Shown one piece after another: positions 16,672 to 26,156 of a stretch of 32,000 nt of DNA. The notes beneath the pieces were generated by a model. That model saw nothing but the letters and a program-made list of their open reading frames with translations, had not been told where the DNA came from and searched no databases. This DNA is from Candidatus Iainarchaeum sp. (GTDB lineage: Archaea; Iainarchaeota; Iainarchaeia; Iainarchaeales; CSSED10-239): assembly GCA_028700115.1 (NCBI GenBank), contig JAQVTI010000001.1, forward strand, positions 60,001 to 92,000, written 5' to 3'. The position numbers and the translations under genes are program-made. Positions within the stretch are counted from its first letter, which is position 1; every line of letters begins with the position of its first letter.

Positions 16672-17637
16672 ATGGCAATTAAAAAAGATATTTTAAATTA
16701 TATAATAAATAACCCTAGTCTAACTTCTAAACAAATTATTCAAAATAACAAATATACAGAAATAACTATTAAAAAAATTATATTTGAACTTCTAGAAGAA
16801 AAACAAATAAAGTTAGAAAATGGAAAATATTATTCTATAAACTATATAGACAATAAAAAACAAATTATAGATAAAGATACATTTTTTGGAATATATGTAA
16901 AACAAGAACATAAAGATATAATTAAATATTTATTTAGAGAAATTAGAAATAATTGGATAAAATATAATAATAAAGAACCAGACAATACACAAATATATAA
17001 AATACTTGTAGAAATAAATAATATTTCAGAAAAAATAGATTTACCTATTGTATGGTATAAATTTGGACAAATACCAGTTATTAGTTATAATATAAACGAT
17101 TTAGAAAATATAAAAGAAATAAATGGAATAAATTCAAAAGATATAATAAAAAGTATATTTAAAAATTTAAAAAGAACTTCAAAAGAAATTAAACTTAAAC
17201 AATACACTTCAGGATCTACAAACATGCACACAATTTATTCTTTTAAAGAAAGAATTATTGAAAGATTCTTTAGAAATGATTTTAAATTCATAAAAGATAA
17301 CTTCAAAATATTTTTTAAAAAATTACCATACATGAAAGATCCAAATAAAACTCTAAATAGATTTTATGAATTTATCTGTATGTACAACAAACTAGATAAA
17401 AATAAACAAATAAATCCTAAATATAAAGATTTATTTAATAAATTATTTACATCTTTTTGGAACATAGTTGCAATTTATAATTTCAAACATGATATAAAAA
17501 ATTATTATATAAAAAATAACATAGATATAAATATAGATAATAATTTTAAATTTAAATTACAAATGGAAGTTGAAGAATTTAATAATTTACTATCTTTATT
17601 TGAAACAGAATATTTATCTACAGAAAATAGTTTTTAA
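16672..17637 (+). CDS. Hypothetical protein with an N-terminal winged-helix DNA-binding-like domain
   Basis: The first ~55 aa (KKDILNYIINNPSLTSKQIIQNNKYTEITIKKIIFELLEEKQIKLENGKYYSI) fit a wHTH pattern (H1-H2-H3-wing). The rest is unrecognised. Confidence 0.5.
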   Translation: MAIKKDILNYIINNPSLTSKQIIQNNKYTEITIKKIIFELLEEKQIKLENGKYYSINYIDNKKQIIDKDTFFGIYVKQEHKDIIKYLFREIRNNWIKYNNKEPDNTQIYKILVEINNISEKIDLPIVWYKFGQIPVISYNINDLENIKEINGINSKDIIKSIFKNLKRTSKEIKLKQYTSGSTNMHTIYSFKERIIERFFRNDFKFIKDNFKIFFKKLPYMKDPNKTLNRFYEFICMYNKLDKNKQINPKYKDLFNKLFTSFWNIVAIYNFKHDIKNYYIKNNIDINIDNNFKFKLQMEVEEFNNLLSLFETEYLSTENSF

Positions 17638-17701
17638 AAAAATTTATAAACATATATATCTTCTTATAATATAATTACAAAAATATATTTTTAGATAAAT
17701 T

Positions 17702-20113
17702 ATGGATTATATAGACTGGATTAGTTCCTTTGCAATATTTATATTAGTTTTAATAACTTTATTTCTAGCTATACCTAATCTTTTACCAAACCTAGATTTC
17801 TCACAAAACAACTTAGTTGCAGAAAATGCAATGTCTGAAATAACCCAAACAATTGATTCTTATAAAATATATTCTGGAGAAGAATATAAACCTTTTTTTA
17901 TAAAAGATGTAAACTCAAGAGCAGATACTCTTTCATATATTGAAAATAATAACACATATGGTGTTTTTTATGAAAATGCAAATGCATATTCTCTTGAGAC
18001 TATAAATGAATCTTATCTAAATAAAGAAATTCTAATTCTAGAAGAAAGCTTTTCAGATAATAATTATACAGATAGCTTAAGTCTGTCTTCTGGAAATATA
18101 GTAATTGAGGAAAATAAATTAAAATTAGAACAAAATAGCGTAATTGAAACAAATGATAATTATTTTAATTTTATATTAAATTTTGAATTTACTGGAAATG
18201 ATATAAATCTAATTACAAACTATCAAGATTCTTCAAACTATATTCTTTTTGAAATTACAAATGAAGAAATTAATATTTATGAAAATAGTTTATCTACTTT
18301 AACTCTTTTAAACACAAAAGAAATAAACTTACAAAATACTTCTAAAGATATAGAAATTATTTCAGAAAAAGAATATGTAAATATAAAAATTGAAGAATTT
18401 GAAGAAAATTATATTTTTAGTTCTGAACTAGAAGAAGGTAAAATAAGATTTATTGGAATTGATAACAATTCTACAATAGATAATATTTCAATTTATAAAA
18501 TACCATATATAAAAACAGAAATGGATGATAGTTTATCTGGATCAAATATAATAAATGAAAAAATATATACACAAAATCTAATTTTAGATTTTAATCTACA
18601 AACAAAACAAGCAAGAGTAATACCTTACCAAGATGATACTGAACTAGTTAATTTAGACTTTAGTTTTGATGAAAACATGTATATCCCAAATCTAAATGGA
18701 AAAATACCTATTTTAGAAAATGAAAGTTATGAAGAAAAATTAATTTTATTTCCAGAAACTAAAGAGTTTTGGATAGATAACACAATGGATATTAATTTTA
18801 ATTTAAATAATTTTAAAACCTCAAATGATTACAATTATGATTTAGAAACAATTGAAACTAGTTATAATAATTTTTATAAATTACCATTTAAAGAATCAAC
18901 AAATAATTATTATTTAGTCTTTAACTCACAGGATTATTATGGAAATAATATAGATTGTAATTATGAAGTTATATCAGACACATTAAATATAAATAGTTGT
19001 GAAGAAAATGGATTTATTAAAGTTAGATATGGCTTAACAACTGAAATTGAAGAAAGCTATACAAATCCTAAAATTATAAAAACAAAAAAAGAAATTATTT
19101 CTCAAGAAAAAATAGATTCTGAAATTCTAGTAAATGATTCTAAATTAGATTACTGGATTGAAAATAATGCAGATGATTCTTATTATATATGGACAAAGGT
19201 TAGTGTTCCTGCAAATCAAACAAAAAAACTAAGACTTACAAAAAATATTGGAAAAAAAGCAAATGGAAATAAAGTTTTTGAAATGTTTGATGATTTTAAT
19301 AAAACTTATTTAGATTTATATACATGGAACACAACAATTACAGATAAAAACACAATAAATAATTTATTAGAAATTTCTGATGAAGATGCATATGTTTTAA
19401 ATAAAAATTACATCTTTGAAGATGGAATAATTGAGTTTAAATCTTTAACTGATTCAAGTAATGCAAAATCAAATTTAACTATAAAAGAAAAAGAATATAC
19501 AAAAATGCACGGTTATTTATTAAAATACACAACTGGTGGGGATTTTTTAAGAATAACTTATAGAAATCCATTTACATACGACACAATTGAAGAATATACT
19601 TATAATTTTACAGAAAATATAAATTATAATCTTAGATTAGATATAATAGATAATAATTATACAGGATATATAAATAATACACAAGCTCTATCAGGACAAG
19701 ATACAACATATAAAAAAGGTTTAATTGGTTTTAATACACAAGAACTAAATAGTGGGTCATACTTTTATGATTATATATTTGTTAGAAAATATATAGATAC
19801 AGAGCCTACAATAGAAGTTACAGATAAAGATATTTATTATGAAATTACAATTACAAACAACTCAGAAGAAAATTTAGAAAATTATCAAATTAAAATACCA
19901 AACACAACAATTGGAGTAACTTCTAAAACAGATTATCTAGAAATTACACCAATTGGTGAAGAATATAATTTTAAAATTTATAAAAATAATAAATTAGTTA
20001 CAGAAAAAGGTAACTTTAGAAAAAACACATCTAAAATATATGAAAACTATTTTAATTTTTTAAATAAAAATGGTAAAAATGAAATTATTAAAATTAATAT
20101 AAAAGAAAACTAA
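17702..20113 (+). CDS. Large N-terminally anchored surface protein with LamG/concanavalin-like modules and a DUF2341-like segment
   Basis: N-terminal helix ISSFAIFILVLITLFLAI. LDYWIENNADDSYYIWTKVSVPANQTKKLRLT resembles the DUF2341 core. It is followed immediately by VFEMFDDFNKTYLDLYTWNT, the usual start of a LamG-like jelly roll. An earlier ESFSDNNYTD...GNIVIEENKLKL segment looks like a second such module. Confidence 0.6.
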   Translation: MDYIDWISSFAIFILVLITLFLAIPNLLPNLDFSQNNLVAENAMSEITQTIDSYKIYSGEEYKPFFIKDVNSRADTLSYIENNNTYGVFYENANAYSLETINESYLNKEILILEESFSDNNYTDSLSLSSGNIVIEENKLKLEQNSVIETNDNYFNFILNFEFTGNDINLITNYQDSSNYILFEITNEEINIYENSLSTLTLLNTKEINLQNTSKDIEIISEKEYVNIKIEEFEENYIFSSELEEGKIRFIGIDNNSTIDNISIYKIPYIKTEMDDSLSGSNIINEKIYTQNLILDFNLQTKQARVIPYQDDTELVNLDFSFDENMYIPNLNGKIPILENESYEEKLILFPETKEFWIDNTMDINFNLNNFKTSNDYNYDLETIETSYNNFYKLPFKESTNNYYLVFNSQDYYGNNIDCNYEVISDTLNINSCEENGFIKVRYGLTTEIEESYTNPKIIKTKKEIISQEKIDSEILVNDSKLDYWIENNADDSYYIWTKVSVPANQTKKLRLTKNIGKKANGNKVFEMFDDFNKTYLDLYTWNTTITDKNTINNLLEISDEDAYVLNKNYIFEDGIIEFKSLTDSSNAKSNLTIKEKEYTKMHGYLLKYTTGGDFLRITYRNPFTYDTIEEYTYNFTENINYNLRLDIIDNNYTGYINNTQALSGQDTTYKKGLIGFNTQELNSGSYFYDYIFVRKYIDTEPTIEVTDKDIYYEITITNNSEENLENYQIKIPNTTIGVTSKTDYLEITPIGEEYNFKIYKNNKLVTEKGNFRKNTSKIYENYFNFLNKNGKNEIIKINIKEN

Positions 20114-20143
20114 ATTAAAGTTTTTATAAAAATTTTAAAAAAC

Positions 20144-20308
20144 TTATAAAAAAGATTTTAAAATTAAAATAAAAACTACAAAAACAATAGAAATAATAAT
20201 TACTGCTTCAGGAGAAATCTTTGGACCTGCTGCAGAATCATTAAATTTCATTATCCCAATTGCTGAACTTGGACCTTGTGAATTACTTTTTGTTTGTTTT
20301 AATTTCAT
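20144..20308 (-). CDS. secG: Preprotein translocase subunit Sec61beta (archaeal SecG); not in the ORF track
   Basis: Hand translation gives MKLKQTKSNSQGPSSAIGIMKFNDSAAGPKISPEAVIIISIVFVVFILILKSFL*. The G(I/L)M(K/R)F...GPKISP motif plus a single C-terminal TM helix is the Sec61beta signature. AGGAG lies 7 nt upstream of the ATG. Confidence 0.8.
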   Translation of the reverse strand: MKLKQTKSNSQGPSSAIGIMKFNDSAAGPKISPEAVIIISIVFVVFILILKSFL

Positions 20309-20435
20309 AAAAAAACTCCTAAATATAAATTATTTATAACTTTTAAAAACAAGTCTAAAATATATATGAATGAAAATTATTAAATACCTTTTCTTCTTAT
20401 ATAGATATATAAAAATATAAAAAAGGAATAAATAT

Positions 20436-21413
20436 ATGGATAAAAAGAAAAAAAAACTATTTTATAAAATATTTTCTGTAATTATATTAATAATTATATT
20501 ACTTATACTTCTTGTGTGGACAGGAAATATAAGATGCAGTAAAATTCCAGGAATGTGTTCTATTTATTGGGGGACCCAAAGTTTAATTTCTGGAAAACAA
20601 CAACCATCTATTATGATTATACATGATCCTTTTCAAAAAGAAGGAATGGGAAATCCATATCTTTTACAAAAATATCTTAAAGAAGGAACAAATAGTAGAA
20701 TAAATTCAACTTTAGAAAATATTAATTATATAAGTCAAGATAAACTTAAAGGGGTTAGTCTTATAATAGTTGATAAAGCAAAAAAAATATCTACAAATCA
20801 ACTAGAAATGTTTATTGATTATATCTCAAAAGGAGGTAGGCTTATTTGGATAGGAGATAGTGGAACTGAAAAAGATATAAATGATAAATTTTTAACAAAA
20901 GGAGATTTAGAAGCAAGCTTTGATAAAAATATTATAAATCCATGGGCTAGATTAAATTCAGAAAATTATATGATTAGATTTGATGACATCTTAGGAGTAG
21001 AATATATTTCTAATTATTGTGATATTAAAAAATGTAGTAAAAAAACATATGAAATAATACAAGGTCAAAAAACAGAATATTTCTCTCCAGAACAATATAA
21101 TGGAAATTTAATACCTACAAAAAATCATCCATTAACATATGCATTAAATGATTATTTAAAAATTAAAGATGATTTTTCTATAGTTACAGTAAAAGGATCA
21201 AAAATAATTCCATTAAAACTAGATTATGGATCAAATATTTATGCAAATTCAACACAAGAAATTGGGGATCAAAGCATTTTTCCTTTAATAGTTGTTAGTA
21301 ATTCAAACAGAGTAGCATACTATTCAATACCTCCAGAGTATTTTGTTGAAAATGAAGATAAAGAAAAATATACTTCAATTATTGAAAACATAATAGATGG
21401 GATGTTAAAATGA
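20436..21413 (+). CDS. N-terminally anchored extracytoplasmic protein, function unknown
   Basis: Lys-rich start then helix IFSVIILIIILLILLVW. The segment VSLIIVDKAKKISTNQLEMFIDYISKGGRLIWIGDSG is reminiscent of alpha/beta domains in uncharacterised exported proteins. An ATGA overlap links it to the next gene. Confidence 0.6.
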   Translation: MDKKKKKLFYKIFSVIILIIILLILLVWTGNIRCSKIPGMCSIYWGTQSLISGKQQPSIMIIHDPFQKEGMGNPYLLQKYLKEGTNSRINSTLENINYISQDKLKGVSLIIVDKAKKISTNQLEMFIDYISKGGRLIWIGDSGTEKDINDKFLTKGDLEASFDKNIINPWARLNSENYMIRFDDILGVEYISNYCDIKKCSKKTYEIIQGQKTEYFSPEQYNGNLIPTKNHPLTYALNDYLKIKDDFSIVTVKGSKIIPLKLDYGSNIYANSTQEIGDQSIFPLIVVSNSNRVAYYSIPPEYFVENEDKEKYTSIIENIIDGMLK

Positions 21414-21778
21414 TAAAAACCTTAGAAGCAGTTATTGCAATAACTATTCTATTATTATTTTTTTTAACAATATCACAAACAATTGACTTCTCAAAAACAA
21501 AAACAAATACACTAGAAAAAAATATATCTAAATATGTACAAATAAATGCAGAAAAAGATGAATTTAGACAATTAATAGAATCTAAAAATTCTGAAGAAAT
21601 ATATAATACTATATTTAAAAATATAGAAAATAATTATTCTGTTAGTGTTTGTGACTTTTTAAATAATGATTGTAATTCTTATAATATCATAGATCAAAAT
21701 GGATTTACAATAAAATATATAGATTACTATTTTTATGATATTAATAAAGTTCTAAATATAGGTGTGTGGATCAAATGA
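21410..21778 (+). CDS. Putative type IV pilin-like protein (class III signal-peptide-like N-terminus)
   Basis: MIKTLEAVIAITILLLFFLTI has a short polar start, a Glu early in a long hydrophobic helix (LEAVIAI resembles the pilin/pseudopilin N-terminal helix), then a small polar domain. It is translationally coupled on both sides. Confidence 0.4.
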   Translation: MIKTLEAVIAITILLLFFLTISQTIDFSKTKTNTLEKNISKYVQINAEKDEFRQLIESKNSEEIYNTIFKNIENNYSVSVCDFLNNDCNSYNIIDQNGFTIKYIDYYFYDINKVLNIGVWIK

Positions 21779-22227
21779 AAGAAAATGGATTTGCATATAT
21801 ATTTGTTGCAGTTATAATAATAATGTTAATTACAGCTATGCTTTTATTAGAAAAACCAATATATATTAAAGAATATAAAATAAATCATTTAATTGAAAAT
21901 TATAAATCTGAAATTACTTATTTTTTAGAAAATGATTTTAATGAAGAAGATTTAAATAATTTTAATTATAATTTTTATAATTTTATAAAATCTCATAACT
22001 ATAAAATAAAATTATGTACTATAATTAATTCAGACAAAATTTATCTTAGTAATTATCTAGGAGAAGAAGACATACAAATAGGTAATAAAAATACAATTTC
22101 TTTAGCAAAACAAGAAAAAGACTACAATATATTAAATAAATGTGATTTAGATTATAATTCATATCAAAATATAAGTTACTATATTGAAATATATAATACT
22201 GAAGAAAAAATTATTGAAAAAAATTAG
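21775..22227 (+). CDS. Putative type IV pilin-like protein
   Basis: With the ATG at 21775 (ATGA overlap with the upstream TGA) the N-terminus is MKENGFAYIFVAVIIIMLITAMLLL. That is a charged stretch, then Gly, then a hydrophobic helix, like a class III signal peptide. The track start at 21766 is also possible. The gene ends at TAG. Confidence 0.4.
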   Translation: MKENGFAYIFVAVIIIMLITAMLLLEKPIYIKEYKINHLIENYKSEITYFLENDFNEEDLNNFNYNFYNFIKSHNYKIKLCTIINSDKIYLSNYLGEEDIQIGNKNTISLAKQEKDYNILNKCDLDYNSYQNISYYIEIYNTEEKIIEKN

Positions 22228-22308
22228 TGTTAAATAAAAGATAAGTTTATAAAGAAAATGATATATATTTATTTTATAATATTATATAATATATTAAAGG
22301 TGAATGTA

Positions 22309-22659
22309 ATGACAGAAACAATAGAAATAATAAATATAATAGAACAAAAAAGTAATGAAATTACAGCAAAATTAGAAATATTAAGAACATTAGAAGAACA
22401 AAAAATAGGAATAGATGAAGATATTAAAAAAGCAAAAGATAAACTAAAAAATGAAGATATAAATAAATTTACATATGGAAAAATGCAAGAAATAAATCAA
22501 AAAAATCTAGAAGAAAATACAAATGAAAGAAAAAAAATATGGAATGAAATTGCAGATCATATAAATATGATAAGTGATAGATTAAATATTTTAAAAGAAA
22601 ACTATAATAAAAAAGCAGAAATTCAAGATACACCAAAGATTGTAGAAGAAAAAAAATAA
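22309..22659 (+). CDS. Small coiled-coil protein, function unknown
   Basis: The likely start is ATG 22309 (MTETIEII...), preceded by AAAGGTGA. The track start at 22258 adds an implausible 17-aa Ile/Tyr-rich leader read from the promoter region. Confidence 0.6.
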   Translation: MTETIEIINIIEQKSNEITAKLEILRTLEEQKIGIDEDIKKAKDKLKNEDINKFTYGKMQEINQKNLEENTNERKKIWNEIADHINMISDRLNILKENYNKKAEIQDTPKIVEEKK

Positions 22660-22692
22660 ATCTCGAAATAAAAGGGCATGCAAAGATGAAAT

Positions 22693-24654
22693 ATGAATTT
22701 TCCTTTAAAAAAAGATCTAAAAATCTTAAATGAAACTATAAAAAAATTGAAAGATCTAGAGATATCTAGAAATTCTTTAGATCAAGAAACTTTTTCTAAA
22801 CTTATAGAAAATAAAATTTCTATAAAAGAATATCTTGAAAAAACAAAAAATATAAGTTCAAATTCTAAAAAAATAGATCAAAAAGCAAAAGATTTATTTA
22901 TAGAATATAATAACATATTTTCAAAAATAATTACATATATGGGATATAAAAAAACAAAAAAATATATACTTAAACAAAAAAATTTCTTTGAAAAAGTATT
23001 TAAGAAAAAAGAAAATCCTATAATTAAAGAAAAAAATAAAATAGAAAATATTAAAAAAATTGAAAAACCAAAAAGAAAAAAAAATATATTTTCAAATTTA
23101 TTTAAGAAAAAAATAGAAATTATTGGAGTTAATACAATTGAAAAACCAGAACCTATTTTTGAAGTCCCAAAAGAACTTCTTCCTGAAAATTATCAGGTTT
23201 TAATAAAAGGATTTTCATATGCCTTTGTAAATGAAGAAAATGGAGATAAAGTTTATTTTGTTGCAGAACCAGAATTAAATAAAAAAGAAGTTGAAATTCT
23301 AGAACAAACTAAAAATGAACTAATAAATAAAATTTCAATTACAGATTTAAATAATGAAAGTCAAATGTATACTTTAATAGATAAAATATTTAAAAAAAAT
23401 AATATTTCTTTAGAAAAAGTAACAAAAGATAAAATTGTATATTATATTATTAGACAAGTAAGTGGGCTTGATAGAATAGAACCTTTAATGCATGATAATT
23501 TAATTGAAGATATTGAATGTAATGGAATGAATTCTCCAATATATATAGTTCATAGAAAATATGGACATATTGTTACAAACATAATGTTTCATACTGAAAA
23601 AGAACTTCAAGACTTTATTATTAAAATGGCACATTTAAGTAAAAGTTATGTTTCATATGCATCACCTTTATTAGATTCTATACTTCCAGATGGATCTAGA
23701 GTAAATGCAACATTAACATCAAATGTATCTACTAGAGGACCAACTTTTACAATTAGAAAATTCCCACAAAAGCCATTAACAACAATAGATCTTGTAAAAA
23801 GCAAAACTATTACTTCAACAATTGTAGCATATCTTTGGACATTAATAGAATTTAAAAAAAATATTATATTAATAGGACCTACTGCTGGTGGAAAAACAAC
23901 TCTTTTAAATGTTATCTCATCATTTATTCCATCTGCTCAAAGAGTTGTATCAATAGAAGACACAAGAGAAATTAATCTTTTAATGGATAATTGGATACCA
24001 CAAGTTACAAGACCTGGATTTGGACCACCTGATTCTACTGGAAAAAGATATGGTGAAATAAATATGGAAGATTTATTAAAAGAATCATTCAGACAAAGAC
24101 CAGATTATTTAATAATTGGTGAAGTAAGAGGAGTAGAAATGGCTCTTATGTTTCAAGGAATGGCATCTGGACATAGTTCTTTATCAACAGTTCACTCAAA
24201 AAGTTTAGAATCTTTAATTATAAGACTTACAACACCCCCAATTTCGTTAGACCCATCATTAATTACAAGCTTAGATGCAGTAATTATTACAGGATTTACA
24301 GGAACAGGAAATCTTATAAAAAGAGAAGTTAAAGAAATTGACGAGGTTAGAAATTATAATACAATTACAAAAAAAGTAGAATATAATATATTATATAAAT
24401 CAAGCCAAGAATATAAAGATAACACTATGACTGGAAAAAGTGATCTTTTTACAAAAGATATACCATTAATATATAATAGTGATCTTATAAAAGAAATTGC
24501 AGAAGAACACAATCTAAAAAGAGAAACAATATATCAATTAGTTGTAAAAAGAAAAGAATTTATTGAAAGCTTAATCCCAAATCCTCCAAAAGATTATATA
24601 GAATTTAAAAAAATAATTAATAACTATAAAAAAACAGAAAATGTTGACATATAA
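22693..24654 (+). CDS. Type II/IV secretion-family ATPase (archaeal FlaI/ArlI / PilB-type) with a Lys-rich N-terminal extension of about 165 aa
   Basis: Walker A GPTAGGKTT (23875-23901), Asp box VSIEDTREI, Walker B PDYLIIGEVRG and His box GHSSLSTVHS. The FlaI-type N-domain YAFVNEENGDKVYFVAEPELNKKE is also present. Confidence 0.9.
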   Translation: MNFPLKKDLKILNETIKKLKDLEISRNSLDQETFSKLIENKISIKEYLEKTKNISSNSKKIDQKAKDLFIEYNNIFSKIITYMGYKKTKKYILKQKNFFEKVFKKKENPIIKEKNKIENIKKIEKPKRKKNIFSNLFKKKIEIIGVNTIEKPEPIFEVPKELLPENYQVLIKGFSYAFVNEENGDKVYFVAEPELNKKEVEILEQTKNELINKISITDLNNESQMYTLIDKIFKKNNISLEKVTKDKIVYYIIRQVSGLDRIEPLMHDNLIEDIECNGMNSPIYIVHRKYGHIVTNIMFHTEKELQDFIIKMAHLSKSYVSYASPLLDSILPDGSRVNATLTSNVSTRGPTFTIRKFPQKPLTTIDLVKSKTITSTIVAYLWTLIEFKKNIILIGPTAGGKTTLLNVISSFIPSAQRVVSIEDTREINLLMDNWIPQVTRPGFGPPDSTGKRYGEINMEDLLKESFRQRPDYLIIGEVRGVEMALMFQGMASGHSSLSTVHSKSLESLIIRLTTPPISLDPSLITSLDAVIITGFTGTGNLIKREVKEIDEVRNYNTITKKVEYNILYKSSQEYKDNTMTGKSDLFTKDIPLIYNSDLIKEIAEEHNLKRETIYQLVVKRKEFIESLIPNPPKDYIEFKKIINNYKKTENVDI

Positions 24655-24693
24655 CTTAAATAATTTTTTTAAAAAAATAATTTTTATAAAAAA

Positions 24694-26058
24694 TTAAAAA
24701 TTATCAAAAGGATTGTCTAAATCTTCATCTTTAAAAGAATTAATCTCTTTTTTTCTCTTATATTTAGAATTATATTTCTTAGAACCTTTATTTTTTAGTT
24801 TAAAAATAATTATAACTGTTATTAATAATACTACAAAAACACCAATAGTAAGATAATAATTTGTATAATCTACAACATATTCATCTGTAATTAGACCCTC
24901 AGATAGAATGTTTTCTGCAAGGTCTTTAACAATCTTTATATCTGATACAACTTCACTAGAATAATTGTCACTATCTATATTAGAAATAATTTCAGAATAT
25001 CTTTTTTGAAGGTCTAAAACATCTTTTTGATTATTCCAATAAGATTTATAATTTGAATTAAGAATAAATAAAATAACAGAATCTAAATTATTATATTCAG
25101 AAAAATCAGAATCAAAAGTATAAAGTAATTTATTAATTTCTACAAAATCAATTCTAGACTTAAAATTATCAATAAACAAAGAAAGATTATTTTCCCCAGT
25201 AACATTTACAGAAGTTATTAAAATTTTATTATAAAAAGAATATGTTGAAGACAAACTATCATAAATAGTATTAACTTGAGAATTAAGATTTGCTGGTACA
25301 GAAACAAAATTAATTAATGTACTTTTATCAGAATCTATTATTTCAGAAGAAGAAATAATTTCTTTAGTAGAATCTTCACAAGAAGCAATAAAATCTAAAG
25401 TAAAATTTGTAATTTTATCATAATCTTTAAAAGTTGGAGATATATTTGATAAAATTAAGTCTGTTTTATTACATGATGGAGAATATAAAAAATCAGTTTG
25501 TATTTTATATAAACTATCAAGATCATCTTTTAAACTTTTAAGATAAGAAATCAATAGATTTATTTTATTTTTAGAAATAGTTACAGCTTCTTTAACATCA
25601 TATGGATATGTTTCAGAAGCAATTACTCCTTCTAATCTTGATTTTTTAGAATTTAAAATATTAATTATATTAGAAATATTATCAATTAATTGTTTAGATA
25701 AATAATTACTAGAATCAGAATAAGACAAAGATTTTAAAACATAAGCAGATTTAATTAATTTTAACTCATCAGATTTATTTTTAGGAAAAAAAACATCTCC
25801 AGTTTGTGCAGAAATAGGAACAAAAAAAGAAATATCTCCTAAAGAATTTAAAACAGGAATTACAAAATAAGAATTATCATCACACATTATTGTTTGTTGA
25901 ACATAACTATCTATAATTTCCCCAGATTTTATAAATTTTTTTGCAGTACTTTGAGCATTAAAAAGAGATGCAGAATAAACTGAAAAACTAATAAATATCA
26001 AAATAAAAAATATTAAAAATATTTTTGAAAAATTAAATGAAATTTTTGAAGATAACAT
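24694..26058 (-). CDS. Type I membrane/surface protein (signal peptide, large Ser/Asn-rich ectodomain, C-terminal TM anchor, basic-then-acidic tail), unknown function
   Basis: N-terminal IFLIFFILIFISFSVYSA, C-terminal helix YYLTIGVFVVLLITVIIIF, then KLKNKGSKKYNSKYKRKK...DEDLDNPFDNF. Confidence 0.6.
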   Translation of the reverse strand: MLSSKISFNFSKIFLIFFILIFISFSVYSASLFNAQSTAKKFIKSGEIIDSYVQQTIMCDDNSYFVIPVLNSLGDISFFVPISAQTGDVFFPKNKSDELKLIKSAYVLKSLSYSDSSNYLSKQLIDNISNIINILNSKKSRLEGVIASETYPYDVKEAVTISKNKINLLISYLKSLKDDLDSLYKIQTDFLYSPSCNKTDLILSNISPTFKDYDKITNFTLDFIASCEDSTKEIISSSEIIDSDKSTLINFVSVPANLNSQVNTIYDSLSSTYSFYNKILITSVNVTGENNLSLFIDNFKSRIDFVEINKLLYTFDSDFSEYNNLDSVILFILNSNYKSYWNNQKDVLDLQKRYSEIISNIDSDNYSSEVVSDIKIVKDLAENILSEGLITDEYVVDYTNYYLTIGVFVVLLITVIIIFKLKNKGSKKYNSKYKRKKEINSFKDEDLDNPFDNF

Positions 26059-26156
26059 AAAAATAATTCACCCAAAACTTATTTTAAATATATCTTTTTT
26101 TTAAAAAATTTTAAAATCTAAAAATATTCTTTTAAAAAATATATTAAATATCAAAA

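Noticed and set aside
22258-22308. The 17-aa N-terminal extension (MIYIYFIILYNILKVNV) of the coiled-coil ORF as a signal peptide
   Set aside because: The extension is read from an A/T-rich promoter-like region. A good AAAGGTGA ribosome-binding site sits immediately before the internal ATG at 22309, so the shorter soluble protein is more plausible.
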